A stretch of 64,000 bases of DNA from an uncultured bacterium. GTDB lineage: Bacteria; Verrucomicrobiota; Verrucomicrobiia; Limisphaerales; UBA8199. Location of the stretch: the NCBI GenBank assembly GCA_963749495.1, contig CAVVMW010000005.1, forward strand, positions 384,001 to 448,000, read 5' to 3'. Both the position numbers and the translations under genes were made by a program. Numbering within the stretch: the stretch's first letter is position 1; each line of letters begins with the position of its first letter. This document shows positions 1-10,312 of this stretch, piece after piece. Below the pieces are notes generated by a model that worked only from the letters and a program-made list of their open reading frames with translations, made no database searches and was not told where the DNA came from.

Positions 1-307
1 AACCGCGCGGCAGGTCATCCCAGCGCGCCGGCCGGTATCCCTTGAGCCAGCGGATGCCAAGTTTGATCGCCAGCAGCGCCCCCAACGTGTAACCCCCGGC
101 GTTCATGGTGCGCATCAACCACTCCTGCGTGGTGCCGAACGCCCAGGGACTGAAAATGACCATCGCGTAAATCAGCAATTCGGTCAGGCACTCGCCCAGG
201 TAGTAAAGCTGCACGTCCCGCACCCGCAATGACAGCACTGTCGGCACTCCGCGGGCGGCGGCGCCCTGGTCTCGCACGGCGGCGGGGACCCCCGCTTCTT
301 CTGGCAT
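1..307 (-). CDS. N-terminus of a probable O-antigen ligase-family membrane protein (runs off the window start)
   Basis: Manual translation from ATG 307: MPEEAG...LIYAMVIFSPWAFGTTQEWLMRTMNAGGYTLGALLAIKLG; hydrophobic, FSPWAFG motif; open to position 1. Confidence 0.55.
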   Translation of the reverse strand, partial: MPEEAGVPAAVRDQGAAARGVPTVLSLRVRDVQLYYLGECLTELLIYAMVIFSPWAFGTTQEWLMRTMNAGGYTLGALLAIKLGIRWLKGYRPARWDDLPRG

Positions 308-519
308 TTCCACGCGCTCAAATTGAAAGCTAGATGTGGCAGTTCCACAAGCCAAAACGGGGGCGCAGTTCAGGTTTTGAACCGCGGTCCAAGCGGCTGT
401 GGGGTGGGCAATGGAGACAACCAGCAAAGTCAATTTGACCTCAGCGCCAACAACTCACGATTTGGAGGCGTTGCTTCCCCCGGAGCGGGAGCGGTTGCTG
501 CGACGAGTAGCCGGCAGCT

Positions 520-775
520 CCGGGAGGTTCCGGCCCAGACTATTCCCGCCCACCAGGTGATCGTCTTTGGTTCCCCGGCCAAGCCAGACCGTTTCACAGA
601 AGACTCTGACGTGGACCTGGGGCTGGAGTCCGAGCCGCCCGGGATGAGCCTCTACCTGCTTGCCAGCCTGCTGGCCGAACGCCTGGGGCGCAGGGTGGAT
701 GTCGTGCTGCTGCCCGAAAGCCGCTTCCGGGACAAAATCCTGAGAGAAGGGGAGACATGGACGCCGCCGGGCTGA
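520..775 (+). pseudogene. Minimal nucleotidyltransferase (MNT antitoxin-like), probably 5'-truncated; start uncertain
   Basis: VIVFGS...FTEDSDVDL...LAERLGRRVDVV...KILREG matches the MNT GSx(n)DxD fold. Confidence 0.6.
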
Positions 776-812
776 GCATCCTGCTGGCCGAGTTGGAGGC
801 CGAATTGCCCCC
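757..812 (+). pseudogene. Possible N-terminal stub of the cognate HEPN toxin
   Basis: ATG overlaps the MNT 3' end; MDAAGLSILLAELEAE, then the sequence stops looking protein-like. Confidence 0.3.
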
Positions 813-921
813 TCGTGCGCCGATTTCGGCGGCAAGGTCCGCGCGGAGCAGCACTGGGCCGCCCGCTGAAGGAACACATGCCGGTACAAGGCTGAACCAT
901 GATCGACGTCCCAACTGCAAC

Positions 922-953
922 AAAAAAGCCGCCCCGGAAAAACCGGGGCGGCT
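922..953 (-). terminator. Rho-independent terminator downstream of the minus-strand polysaccharide locus
   Basis: Minus strand reads AGCCGCCCCGG-TTTTT-CCGGGGCGGC-TTTTTT (GC stem plus U-tract). Confidence 0.8.
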
Positions 954-1305
954 GCTGGTCACTTGTTAAATTGTTCAACCCGTTAGTTGTTCATCTCGGC
1001 ATCGGTCAACCGAGGCCGTGCGCGGCCACCTGGCGTGCGACCCAGGCATGGGTCCGCCCGAGGCGTGCGCAGAGCCCAAAGCGGCACCGCCAGCCGGTTC
1101 AGTGAATTCGCTCCTTCCTGAAATTGCAGGATAGGACCGCACCCGACCCTCAACATAATATCTCATCTCCGGCCTCGGCCTTGGGCCGGAGTGGAGTTCA
1201 GGCGGACGCCTCGCCGTCTGCCGTGGGCAGGCGCAGCAAACTCGCCGGCTACGCTTGCCTGTGAAGCCTCCTCAAGCCACACCGCCTCATGAGTTCGTCC
1301 AGAGG

Positions 1306-1860
1306 TTATCCGTCTCTTGTCCTTGTCAACGTTGAACCCGGGGGGCCGGTTGCCGTCGGGCGCCTGTACGACTCCCACCGCCTCACGGTCTTCATCCAGC
1401 TTTCCGCCAGCAGTGTGCAGAGAACCTCGAATACCTCCGGGTCCGAAACGCCAGGAGAGCGGCGAGTGCGGCCGCGGGCCGGGCCGAAGTGCTCTCGTCC
1501 AGCCCCGTTGCATTCGAAGGCGGGTGCCTCCAGCGTCATTGTCCCGAGTTCCCCGCCGCCGCCCAGGGAGCGCCGGCTGGAATGCACGTGGCGGCTGATC
1601 TTTGGCGCCGACCAGACCCGTTGGCCGTCCTCCATCGTGAGGAGAACCGCGCTGAATCCAAGCCTCTGCGCCGCAAACACCAGGTCCGCCCACAATTCCT
1701 CAATCGGAACCCCCCGGTCGCCTCCCAACTCCAGCCACCGCGTCACGCTCCGCGCGTATTCGATCTCGCGCCGCACGAGGAGCCGATACCGGACGCCTGG
1801 AGCCAGCAGAACGACGATTCCGAGCCCTGTGAGACCAGTGATTAGCACGCCGCCGTTCAT
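1306..1860 (-). CDS. Hypothetical protein with one N-terminal TM helix
   Basis: MNGGVLITGLTGLGIVVLLAPG...RREIEYARSVTRWLELGG...ELWADLVFAAQRLGF; last ORF of the locus. Confidence 0.5.
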   Translation of the reverse strand: MNGGVLITGLTGLGIVVLLAPGVRYRLLVRREIEYARSVTRWLELGGDRGVPIEELWADLVFAAQRLGFSAVLLTMEDGQRVWSAPKISRHVHSSRRSLGGGGELGTMTLEAPAFECNGAGREHFGPARGRTRRSPGVSDPEVFEVLCTLLAESWMKTVRRWESYRRPTATGPPGSTLTRTRDG

Positions 1861-2086
1861 GGTGCCGCCTTCCGCATCTTGTTGCTCAGCAACCGTTTTG
1901 AGAACGCTCCCCTGACAGTCCTGGGCAACGGAACAAAGAGCGATCGGGAGAGGCTCCCCGCGTGGGGCCGGGTTCCCCGGCGATAAGGTCAGGAATCGAG
2001 GCGGGTGCCGATAACGCGGCATCCGGCGGTGGGGCTGAAGCTCCTCGACTTTCCTGGCATCCTTTGCCGGAGAGTTAGGAGGTCCC

Positions 2087-3592
2087 CTACCGGCCCTTGA
2101 AACCGAGGATGACCTGCAAGGTTTTCAACAGAATGATCATGTCGGCAAATAAGCCCTGGTGCTTGATGTAATGGAGATCGTATTCGAGCTTGATCAGGGC
2201 ATCCTCGGCGGAGGCGCCGTACCGGTATTTGACCTGGGCCCAGCCGGTGATGCCGGGCTTGACGGCGTGGCGCGCCCGATAGAAGGGGATTTCTTCGGCC
2301 AATCGGTTGGCAAATTCCGGGCGTTCGGGCCGGGGACCGACGACGCTCATTTCACCTCGGAGGACGTTCCAGAATTGGGGCACCTCGTCGAGCCGGGTTT
2401 TGCGCAGGAAGTTTCCGACCGGGGTAATGCGGCTGTCTCCCTTCTGGGCCCACACCGCTCCCGTTTTTCTCTCCGCATCCATCACCATCAACCTGAACTT
2501 GATCAGGGGGAAGATCTTGCCTCTCTGCCCCACCCGGTCTTGAATGAAAAAGAGGCTGCCTGGACTGGCGATGCGATTTCCCAGCCATACGAAGGGGATG
2601 ACAACGAGCATGAACACGCATCCCAGGAGGCCGATCCCGATGTCCATCAGGCGTTTGACCAGAAGGAACAGCCGGTACAGCGCCGGCCGACCCACCGGCA
2701 TGACCACGTCCAATGCACGCCCGGCGTGCTCCACCGGGACTCGCCCAGTCAGTTCCTCATAAACGCTGGCCATGGTGGTCACGCTCAGGCCCGCCTCGCG
2801 GCACCGCAGCACGGCGTCAATCAGGCTTTCGGGCGCATTCTGCGTATGGGTGATGGCAAAGACCAGTTCCTCGGGCTCCAACTCCTGGACCAGCCGCTCC
2901 AGGTCCAGGTGAGTGCCCAATACCGGCACCCCATCAACGACAGCACCTTGGTAGGCCGGGTCGTCATCGACAAACCCAAGCACCTCGTAGCTCGTCCACC
3001 TCCTCTTCTGTCCGTCGCCGGCCACTTGGCCGGCCATGCACTCCAGCAGTGTGCGCCCGCACCACCCGGCCCCCAGGATGATCACCCGGTGATAAGACTG
3101 AGTCCGGCGCAGCACTAAGGAGTAAGAGCCTCGCCAGGCCGCGAGCCCCAGGATGCTCAGCACCGGAAAGCTAAACAGCTCCACGCGGTGCGCCGGTAAC
3201 ACCGGCGTCAGAATCGGCACGCTCAGGAAAATCGCGAAGGTGACTAGCGCCGCACCTGCGGCGGCCCAGGTCGAGTCGGCGGGCTTGGCTGCCAGCGACA
3301 GGTCGTAGATCCCCAGCGCGACCCCAAGGCCGACCCAGAGGAGACTGATCAGGGCGAACCAAGGCAGTTGTTCGGACGGCAGCAGGGGCCCCAAGGAGAG
3401 GTTCGCACGAAGGCTCAGCGTCAGGCCCAACGCAACGTTGACGCAAATCAAATCCCCAACTGCCAGGATCAGCTTGTGTTCCTGCAGGCGCAGGCGCAAC
3501 CAACTAACCGGTTTCTGACGGCCCAAGGCGCCGGGAGTTGTGGAACGCCGCATCGCTTCCGCCGGGGTCCGCGTGGAGCTTGGGCTGCTCAT
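2087..3592 (-). CDS. Polyprenyl glycosylphosphotransferase (WcaJ/WbaP-like sugar transferase)
   Basis: N-terminal TMs, ILGAG and GFVDDDP CoA-binding-like domain, KRLMDI, LRKTRLDEVPQFWNVLRGEMSVVGPRPERP, KPGITGWAQV. Confidence 0.95.
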   Translation of the reverse strand: MSSPSSTRTPAEAMRRSTTPGALGRQKPVSWLRLRLQEHKLILAVGDLICVNVALGLTLSLRANLSLGPLLPSEQLPWFALISLLWVGLGVALGIYDLSLAAKPADSTWAAAGAALVTFAIFLSVPILTPVLPAHRVELFSFPVLSILGLAAWRGSYSLVLRRTQSYHRVIILGAGWCGRTLLECMAGQVAGDGQKRRWTSYEVLGFVDDDPAYQGAVVDGVPVLGTHLDLERLVQELEPEELVFAITHTQNAPESLIDAVLRCREAGLSVTTMASVYEELTGRVPVEHAGRALDVVMPVGRPALYRLFLLVKRLMDIGIGLLGCVFMLVVIPFVWLGNRIASPGSLFFIQDRVGQRGKIFPLIKFRLMVMDAERKTGAVWAQKGDSRITPVGNFLRKTRLDEVPQFWNVLRGEMSVVGPRPERPEFANRLAEEIPFYRARHAVKPGITGWAQVKYRYGASAEDALIKLEYDLHYIKHQGLFADMIILLKTLQVILGFKGR

Positions 3593-4445
3593 CGAACAGC
3601 AGGGTGTCTCAACAGCTTCTGGTAAACAAATCTCACCAGCCCCGGCGGGCTCTTTCTAAAGGCCCACCTGAATGACATGTGAAAGAGGAAAAGCGGCAGG
3701 GAGTAGAACCCGATGGCGCGCAAAAATTCGATGGATTGTTGCTCTCCCTTCCAATACCTTTGGGTTCCTCTGCGCCTGAAAAGCTGATCCCCGGTCCTGG
3801 CCTTCACGAGAATATCCGGGAGGTTCGCCGTCCTGGCGTTAGCCATCAGGAACTTGGCCCAGAAACAGTAGTCCTCGTTGCTTGCCACAATGGGGTACCC
3901 CCCAGCCTCAAGGCCATGTCGCGCCTAAAGACAACCGTCATGCCATTAAACGGATTACGCCATTTGGCAAGGCGGCGAATGCGCTCCTCGCAGCAGGGAG
4001 TCAAACGCTTCCCGAGTTCTCTCCGCCCGGATTCGTCCACCTCGAGGATGGAACAGCCCACGAGATCAATGTCTGGGTTCTCCTTCAGGAAGTCTTTGTA
4101 TCGACTCATCCAATGCGGCAGATAGATGTCGTCGCTGTCCACGCGTGCAACGTATGTGCCGGTGGCCTCCCGAATGCCGAAGTTGAGCGACGCCGGCAGG
4201 CCGTAACCGAGCGGCCCGTTTTGGAAGGGGATCTTTAGCCACCGGAAGGCAGAGTGACGGGCGATGTCCTGCCAGCGGCCCAAGACCGCCTCGACGGACG
4301 CCGGAACATCGCCTTCCTGAACGACGACGATTTCATCCGCCTTGACCTGCTGCCCGAACAGGCTTCGAAGACTGGCCTCCAAAACCTCGGGATTGTCATT
4401 CTTATAAACCGACAACAGGGCCGACACCGGTATGTCATGCTGCAT
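3589..4445 (-). CDS. GT2 glycosyltransferase (AmsE-like), frameshift near 3885
   Basis: SALLSVYKND, ARVDSDD, RNPFNG in 3846..4445; continues with EDYCFWAK in 3589..3888. Confidence 0.85.
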
Positions 4446-4796
4446 AGTTAAGCGGCTGTGGAAGAATCAATACCGAATCCTTCTGGGAAAGCGGACGGTT
4501 GCAGAGCCTGACTTACGCCCTTTTGCTCTGGCACCTATTCCGCGCCCTCATTGAAGGAGCACTCGAAAATCTGGTAAAGGACTTGGGCCGCAAGGTTGTT
4601 CGAAGAGTCTTACCCACCATGGACCAGACTGTAGATGCATTTCTTAATGACGCCGTGCAAATGAACCCGGAAGAAGTCTCGGTTCAGTTGAAAGCGGAAC
4701 AGTTGGGCTATCTGTGACCACTTTTTGGCCCCATATTATCGCCAAAATGCCAGCTCGTCAAATCGCTCCGGTTTCCAAACGGCCCTTGGCTGGACC

Positions 4797-5777
4797 TCAC
4801 TGGCGCTCTTGCAGAAGGTAAGCGTGTGCACGCAGGAACCGCACCGTTCGACGCAAGCCCTCCTCGATAGAGACCTTGGGTTGCCAGCCCAATGCTTTCA
4901 ACTTGGCCGTTTCCAGGTGGACCATCGGGCTGTCGCCGACCCAGCCCCGTTTGCCGCCCGCGAATTCCAAGCGCACATCCTTAAGCTTCAGTTCGTCCAA
5001 GATGATATCCGCCGCCTCCGTAACGGTAATGAACTCGTCATGCCCGAGGTTGTAGACATTCTTTTGGGCCTGAGTTCTCTCAATGCCGCGGACGATGCCC
5101 TCGACCCCATCCTTCACATAGAGATACGACTTTATCTGCGTGCCATCACCCAACAATGGCAAGCGCGTGGGGTCTCGCTGCAGCTTTTTCATGACGTCAA
5201 AAACGATGCCGTGCGTGTAGCGCTCCCCAACCCAGTCCACGAACCGATAAATGAAACAACGCATCCCGAAATACTCGCAATACGCCTGAATCATCGCTTC
5301 CCCCGCCAGCTTGCTGGCCCCGTAAAGCGAGGTTTGTAGAGGCGCGTAATCTTCCGGCGTAGGGAAGCGCTCGGGCTCGCCGTAAACGCTGGCGCTGCTG
5401 GAAAATGCAATGGCCGGCACCGCGCTGCAGCGCATGGCCTCCAAAACATTCCAGGTGGCAAGGGTGTTCTGTTCCAAATCGATGCGCGTGTTTTCCTTCC
5501 CGCCCCGGACATCGGCGTTGGCTTGAAAATGAAAAACAAAGTCGCACCCCTCCATAGCGCGCCGCAGGGCGGGTAAGTCCAGCACATCTCCCCTAACGAC
5601 GCTCAACTGCCCGCCCGGCGGAGGGATGAATTCTTCCCGGCCAGTCGAGAAATCGTCGTACACGACAACGGCAACTCCACGCAATAACAGCTCATCGACT
5701 AAGTGACTGCCGATAAAGCCGGCACCGCCGCTAACGAGGGCCCTTCGGATGCTTACGGGACGTAGGCGATCAGTCAT
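4797..5777 (-). CDS. NAD-dependent nucleotide-sugar epimerase/dehydratase
   Basis: GGAGFIGSHL, FSSSASVYG, YGASK. Confidence 0.93.
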   Translation of the reverse strand: MTDRLRPVSIRRALVSGGAGFIGSHLVDELLLRGVAVVVYDDFSTGREEFIPPPGGQLSVVRGDVLDLPALRRAMEGCDFVFHFQANADVRGGKENTRIDLEQNTLATWNVLEAMRCSAVPAIAFSSSASVYGEPERFPTPEDYAPLQTSLYGASKLAGEAMIQAYCEYFGMRCFIYRFVDWVGERYTHGIVFDVMKKLQRDPTRLPLLGDGTQIKSYLYVKDGVEGIVRGIERTQAQKNVYNLGHDEFITVTEAADIILDELKLKDVRLEFAGGKRGWVGDSPMVHLETAKLKALGWQPKVSIEEGLRRTVRFLRAHAYLLQERQ

Positions 5778-6000
5778 GGACGAAAATGATCTTGCTGCCC
5801 TGAGGGTCGAAGCGAAAATCGACGCGCCTGAGTTCCTTCAGCCTCAGAGGCAATACGATCGTGGCACTCTCAATGGGCACAGAACATGAGACCCCCCCCC
5901 CCAGCGCCAGCGCCGAGCAACTTCCCACATGGCCCCCGCCCTACACCGGCGTGAATACCAGTCATCAACGGCGCCACTCCTGATGCTCGGACATTCCGGG
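5770..6000 (-). pseudogene. Decayed 3' end of an HddA-like GHMP kinase
   Basis: Across frames: VDDWYS..., GKLLGAGAGGGGLMFCA, LRRVDFRFDPQGSKIIFVHD*; matches the end of the intact kinase at 9146. Confidence 0.8.
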
Positions 6001-6279
6001 AGTTTAGGGGCCGAGAACTGCGCCAGCGGGTGAAGACATGGATGTGGCCTGCGCACTGCACAAGTTCCGGCAAGCGCAACGAACATCGAGCGAGACAAAT
6101 GCAAAATGCTCTATGGCCTACCATGAATGAATCAGGAAAAAAGCCTAACATGTCCTTCGAAGCGAAATCACGCGCACTAGAGTCCTTGAATCTCACAACC
6201 CGTTACAGACAGCTCGAGTTTTGACGCGATCGCAAACAGTTGGTTCCGCTGGGATTCCAAAATGGCAATTGAAAAGGTT

Positions 6280-6520
6280 CAATTCTCATTTTTCCACCTC
6301 CAAAGGCCTGAGGCTCCGCCTCGCCAGGAATGAATGAGTCCTCAACCGGTGACGCTCGAAGCCGTGTTCGGAGAGGTCTGAGTGGAAAACGTCTGGTCTT
6401 CGGGCGCAGGAATGAGGCTGGCTTCGCCGTACACAAAGCCGGCCGAGGAAAAGGCGATTTCGGAGATGCTGTTCGCCCGCATCGCCTCGAGGACGCTCCT
6501 CTTCAGGGAAGGATCACGGT
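6280..6520 (-). pseudogene. Decayed internal fragment of an NAD-dependent epimerase
   Basis: SVLEAMRANSISEIAFSSAGFVYGEASLIPAPEDQTFSTQTS aligns with NVLEAMRCSAVPAIAFSSSASVYGEPERFPTPEDYAPLQTS of 4797..5777. Confidence 0.75.
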
Positions 6521-6565
6521 TCAAACACGCTTGTTTTAGGACTAGAAGTCTCATAGATGCCGGCC

Positions 6566-7871
6566 TCATCGCTCTGCTGAATGGCCCCACACAAAGTCCG
6601 GCCTAGATCGCATGCCAAGCACCCATTCGTAAACAGTTCGGATCTTCCTGGCCGCCTCCTCCCAAGAGTGTTTTTCAACCACCAGCTTCCGGCCCCGGGA
6701 GCCCATTTCGTGCCGTTCCTCGTCAGTCCTGGAACGTCGCGTCGTGGAGCGCGGCGCCCAAGGCCTCCGCCCCAACGTTGACCCACCAGCCGCACCGGTG
6801 CGCAGCCAATTCCTCCCATGGGGTTGCTTTCGTAGTTACGACAGGAACACCGCTCGACAGAGCCTCCCCGACCACCAGCCCGAAGTTCTCGCTCAGGCTT
6901 GGGAGCACGAAAAGGTCCGATTGCCTGTAGAGTTCCCATTTCTCCTCGCCTGTCGCGGCTCCGCGGAACTCAAAAACGCCGTCCAGGCCCGCTGACGAAA
7001 CGGCCGCTTCCACCTCCCGGCGGTGTCCGCCTTCGTCCGGTCCGGCGATAATGACGCGCCAGCCGGGAGGCCGGACAGAGGCAAAGGCCTCGACGAGATT
7101 GAGGAGCCCCTTGACCGGATGGATGCGTCCTAAAAACAAGAGCCTGCGTTGGCAGCTAGGGCCGCGCGGTGGCTTTGGGTGCGAATCAATTTCGAATCCG
7201 GGCGGGATGATGGCAACAGGGTTTCGGAGCCCGATCTTGCGGCAGTCGTGGGCCTCGCCCTGAGCCGTGGCCTGGAGGACCGACGCCAAGGCGAGGTCCC
7301 GCCGCACGTAGAGCCACCAGGCAAGGAACTTTTTGGCACGCTTGTGATTGAGCGCCCACTTGCTGAACACGCCATGAGGAGAGATCACCAGCGGAATGTT
7401 CCGGCGTCGGGCGGTGACCGCCGCGGCGTGGTTGACGAACGTCCAGATGCCGTGCGAATGCATCAGGTTCGCATCGCTGGCCTGGCAGATTTGATCAAGG
7501 GCGCTACGGAACCCCAGCACCCAGTTTGCGTGCAGCAGGTCAACCCGCCGGCCCTCCACCAGGCGGACCAACGTGCTGCCGCATCCCAGGATGGCCTGGC
7601 GGCCACCGGGTGACGACCGTCCTGAGACCAATAACTGTAGAACGCCAACCTTGCTCAGCGCATTCGACATCGCACAGGCGTGATAGTTCAGCCCGCCCGG
7701 GGGACCGTCCAGTGCATCAACGACTGCCACACTTCTCGTCACTCGTTCTCCGTTGGCCCGCGCCTGGCGAACCGCCATTTCATGTTCTCGTTCCACACCC
7801 CGAAGTGAGCCAGGTCCTCGCATTCCGTTCTCAAGAGGGACGAGAGCGCATCGAGGGACGTAATGTGTCAA
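6566..7871 (-). CDS. GT4 glycosyltransferase, frameshift near 6730; true start probably near 7740-7780
   Basis: HSHGIW, ISPHG, FLGRIHPVKG, PSLSENFGLVVGEALSSG; C-terminus EMGSRGRKLV...YEWVLG in another frame. Confidence 0.9.
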
Positions 7872-7895
7872 ATGAAAGTCAGGCCCGGCGGCCTT

Positions 7896-9044
7896 TCAGG
7901 GCTTGTTGGAGGACCCGGGTGATATCCTAGCGGGTGGCTTCGCAACAATAGCGCGAGCGGACCTCGGCACGAGCAGGCAGGGCGGCTGTTTCAGCGGTTC
8001 GTAGCCCGCGGCCACCAGAAAACGGACGGCACTTCGACAATGATCCAAGGACGGTGGAAGACAAGTCTTGGCAACCACAGCTCCAGCCACAATGCAACGC
8101 TGAATGAAGCTCCTCTTTACACCCGAGGCGATCCTCAGCCGAAACTCAACGTCCTGTTGAAGCAAGGCCTCCTGCCTTCCTGAAAGCCCGTATGTCCGAA
8201 CAAATTCCATTTTGAGCTTCAGCAGCCAACGCTCGAATCTGGCATGATTAAAGCCATTTACCGGCCCTCGGTCCGAACACCATTCGTCCAAAGGAATGTG
8301 ATGTCCTAGAAAATGCGAGACGTTCCAATTACTGACATGCCTTCCCGCCATCCGAAGTTCAGTTTCATGTGTCCTGCTCTTACTTGCGGAGTGCTCACGC
8401 AGCTTGACGAGGCGACCTCGAAGGTTGCACACTGGCCCCTTTCTGCTGATGAGCGCCCAAAACAGGTAATCTTCGCATTCGATATACTCCGGAAGAGGGT
8501 ACAGGCGGCGCCAGTCCGGCGGCACCTGCCCGTAGCGCAGTGCATTTGTGAGTAGAAATCCCCGGCGCATGGTCACCGAAGGGTGCATAAACGTGCTGCG
8601 GAAAAACAGATTCCAGTTGACCCACCATGGTTGGATTGGCAAATGGGTTTTTCCCCGAGCACGGCCCTGTTCATCGGTCCAGTATGCATTGCTACCCAGG
8701 AGCACTATTTCGGGATTTTTTTCCAGAAAATCAACTTGTGTTTGCAGGCGCTCTGGCGTTGCAACGTCATCCGCATCCATCCTTGCGATGTATTTTCCAC
8801 GCGCCTCTGTCAGTCCCAAGTTCAGACTGTCGATTAAATTGAGGCGCTTCGAGATAACGGTCAGCCTCGGGTCCTTGATCGAGTCGAGGATATCCAGTGT
8901 TCCGTCTGTGGATCCTCCGTCGATCACCAGAAAGTCGAACTCTCGGAGGGTTTGCGCTAAGACGCTGTCGAGAGCTTCTCGCAAGAATGCTTCGCCGTTA
9001 TACACCGGCATCAGGACTGTCACCAAGGTGTGCTTGTTATTCAT
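7896..9044 (-). CDS. GT2 glycosyltransferase
   Basis: VTVLMPVYNGE, IDGGSTD, ARMDADD, HPSV, EDY. Confidence 0.92.
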   Translation of the reverse strand: MNNKHTLVTVLMPVYNGEAFLREALDSVLAQTLREFDFLVIDGGSTDGTLDILDSIKDPRLTVISKRLNLIDSLNLGLTEARGKYIARMDADDVATPERLQTQVDFLEKNPEIVLLGSNAYWTDEQGRARGKTHLPIQPWWVNWNLFFRSTFMHPSVTMRRGFLLTNALRYGQVPPDWRRLYPLPEYIECEDYLFWALISRKGPVCNLRGRLVKLREHSASKSRTHETELRMAGRHVSNWNVSHFLGHHIPLDEWCSDRGPVNGFNHARFERWLLKLKMEFVRTYGLSGRQEALLQQDVEFRLRIASGVKRSFIQRCIVAGAVVAKTCLPPSLDHCRSAVRFLVAAGYEPLKQPPCLLVPRSARAIVAKPPARISPGSSNKP

Positions 9045-9145
9045 AGAAGTTTCCAGTTTCGCTGCCCTGGGGGGATCTTCGCGCCGGACTCGTTCCTGGG
9101 CACGGCTCTAGGCGCTCCTGATGCCGTGGGCCGCCGTTTCCGAAA

Positions 9146-10129
9146 TTAATCATGCACGAAGATGATCTTGCTCCCCTGCATCTCGAGGCCAACGGCCACT
9201 CGCCGAAGTCCATGCAGGCTGCGCGCAATCGCGTCATGGTGCTCCTGACGGGCGTAGAACATCAAGAAACCGCCAGCGCCCGCTCCCAGGAGCTTGCCTC
9301 CGAGGGCGCCATGTTTGCGAGCGGCCGCGTACCAGGCATCGATCTCATTGGTGCTGATGCCATCGCTGAGGCGACGCTTGAGTTCCCAGTTGGCGTGGAC
9401 GATTTCGCCGAGGGCGTCCACGTTGTTTGCCTGCAATTCCGCCCGAAGGTCGTGCGCGAGCCGGACCATGCTCTTGAGCATCTCCTGTTTCTTCTTCTCG
9501 GTGGCAAGGGCGGCCTGCTGGCTCCTCAGGATTTCCGAGGCGTTGCGGGTGATGCCGGTGTAGAAGACCACGAGGTTCTCCTGCAAACGGGCCAGCGTTT
9601 CGCGGCGGCAGACTATGGGGTCCACCGACACCGAATCGTCCCGGTTGAACTGGATGAAGTTCAAGCCCCCGAAGGCGGCGGCGTACTGGTCCTGTTTGCC
9701 GATCGGCTCGCGGCAGCGCCCAATCTCGATCTCGCAGGCCTCCTTGGCCAGCCGGCCCGCCGAGACATAGCGGCCGGAAAATGCGTGCAGGGCGTGCAGC
9801 AGCCCGACCGTGAAGGAGCTCGAGGAGCCCAGCCCGGTGCCGCGCGATGGGATGTCCGCAATGGAGGTGATCTCGACGCCGCCATCCAGTTTCAGCAGTG
9901 TCATCGCCTCCCGCACGAGCGGGTGCTTGATGTGCTTTACGCTGCCGGCCTCTTCCGTCTGCGAGTAGCTCACGCGAATCGCTTGATCGAACTTCCGGTT
10001 CACCGTGATATAGACGTATCGGTTGATGGCCATGGAGACGACGGCGCCCCCGAACTCGCGGTAGAAGCAAGGGAAATCGCTGCCCCCTCCCACGAAACTC
10101 ATGCGCAGAGGCGTTCGGCTGATAATCAT
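9146..10129 (-). CDS. hddA: D-glycero-alpha-D-manno-heptose 7-phosphate kinase-like GHMP kinase
   Basis: MIISRTPLRMSFVGGGSD, GTGLGSSS, GKQDQY, GGKLLGAGAGGF; start at ATG 10129. Confidence 0.88.
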   Translation of the reverse strand: MIISRTPLRMSFVGGGSDFPCFYREFGGAVVSMAINRYVYITVNRKFDQAIRVSYSQTEEAGSVKHIKHPLVREAMTLLKLDGGVEITSIADIPSRGTGLGSSSSFTVGLLHALHAFSGRYVSAGRLAKEACEIEIGRCREPIGKQDQYAAAFGGLNFIQFNRDDSVSVDPIVCRRETLARLQENLVVFYTGITRNASEILRSQQAALATEKKKQEMLKSMVRLAHDLRAELQANNVDALGEIVHANWELKRRLSDGISTNEIDAWYAAARKHGALGGKLLGAGAGGFLMFYARQEHHDAIARSLHGLRRVAVGLEMQGSKIIFVHD

Positions 10130-10312
10130 AGAGAGCCCCCACGATTTTGAGAGCGCGCATTGGAACGATGAACCGAGCGGGTGCCGTTCGGCGCGAAGCG
10201 TTTCGGACTGCGGTCCCGATGCATCGGGACCGCTTCGTCCCTCCGAGGCGCCCGAAAAGCGCCAGAGGACTGGCGCACTCCAAAACCTTGCGGACTTGGG
10301 CGGCTCATGGAA
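10126..10312. repeat. Family-Y palindromic intergenic element, copy 1
   Basis: CCACGATTTTGAGAGCGCGCA...GCGAAGCGTTTCGGACTGCG...AAAGCGCCAGAGGACTGGCGCACTCCAAAACC...TCATGG; homologous to copies at 31568, 34120 and 35808. Confidence 0.8.

Noticed and set aside
4499..4717. Plus-strand 72-aa ORF inside the minus-strand locus
   Set aside because: TTG start, no RBS or recognisable family; cannot be supported.
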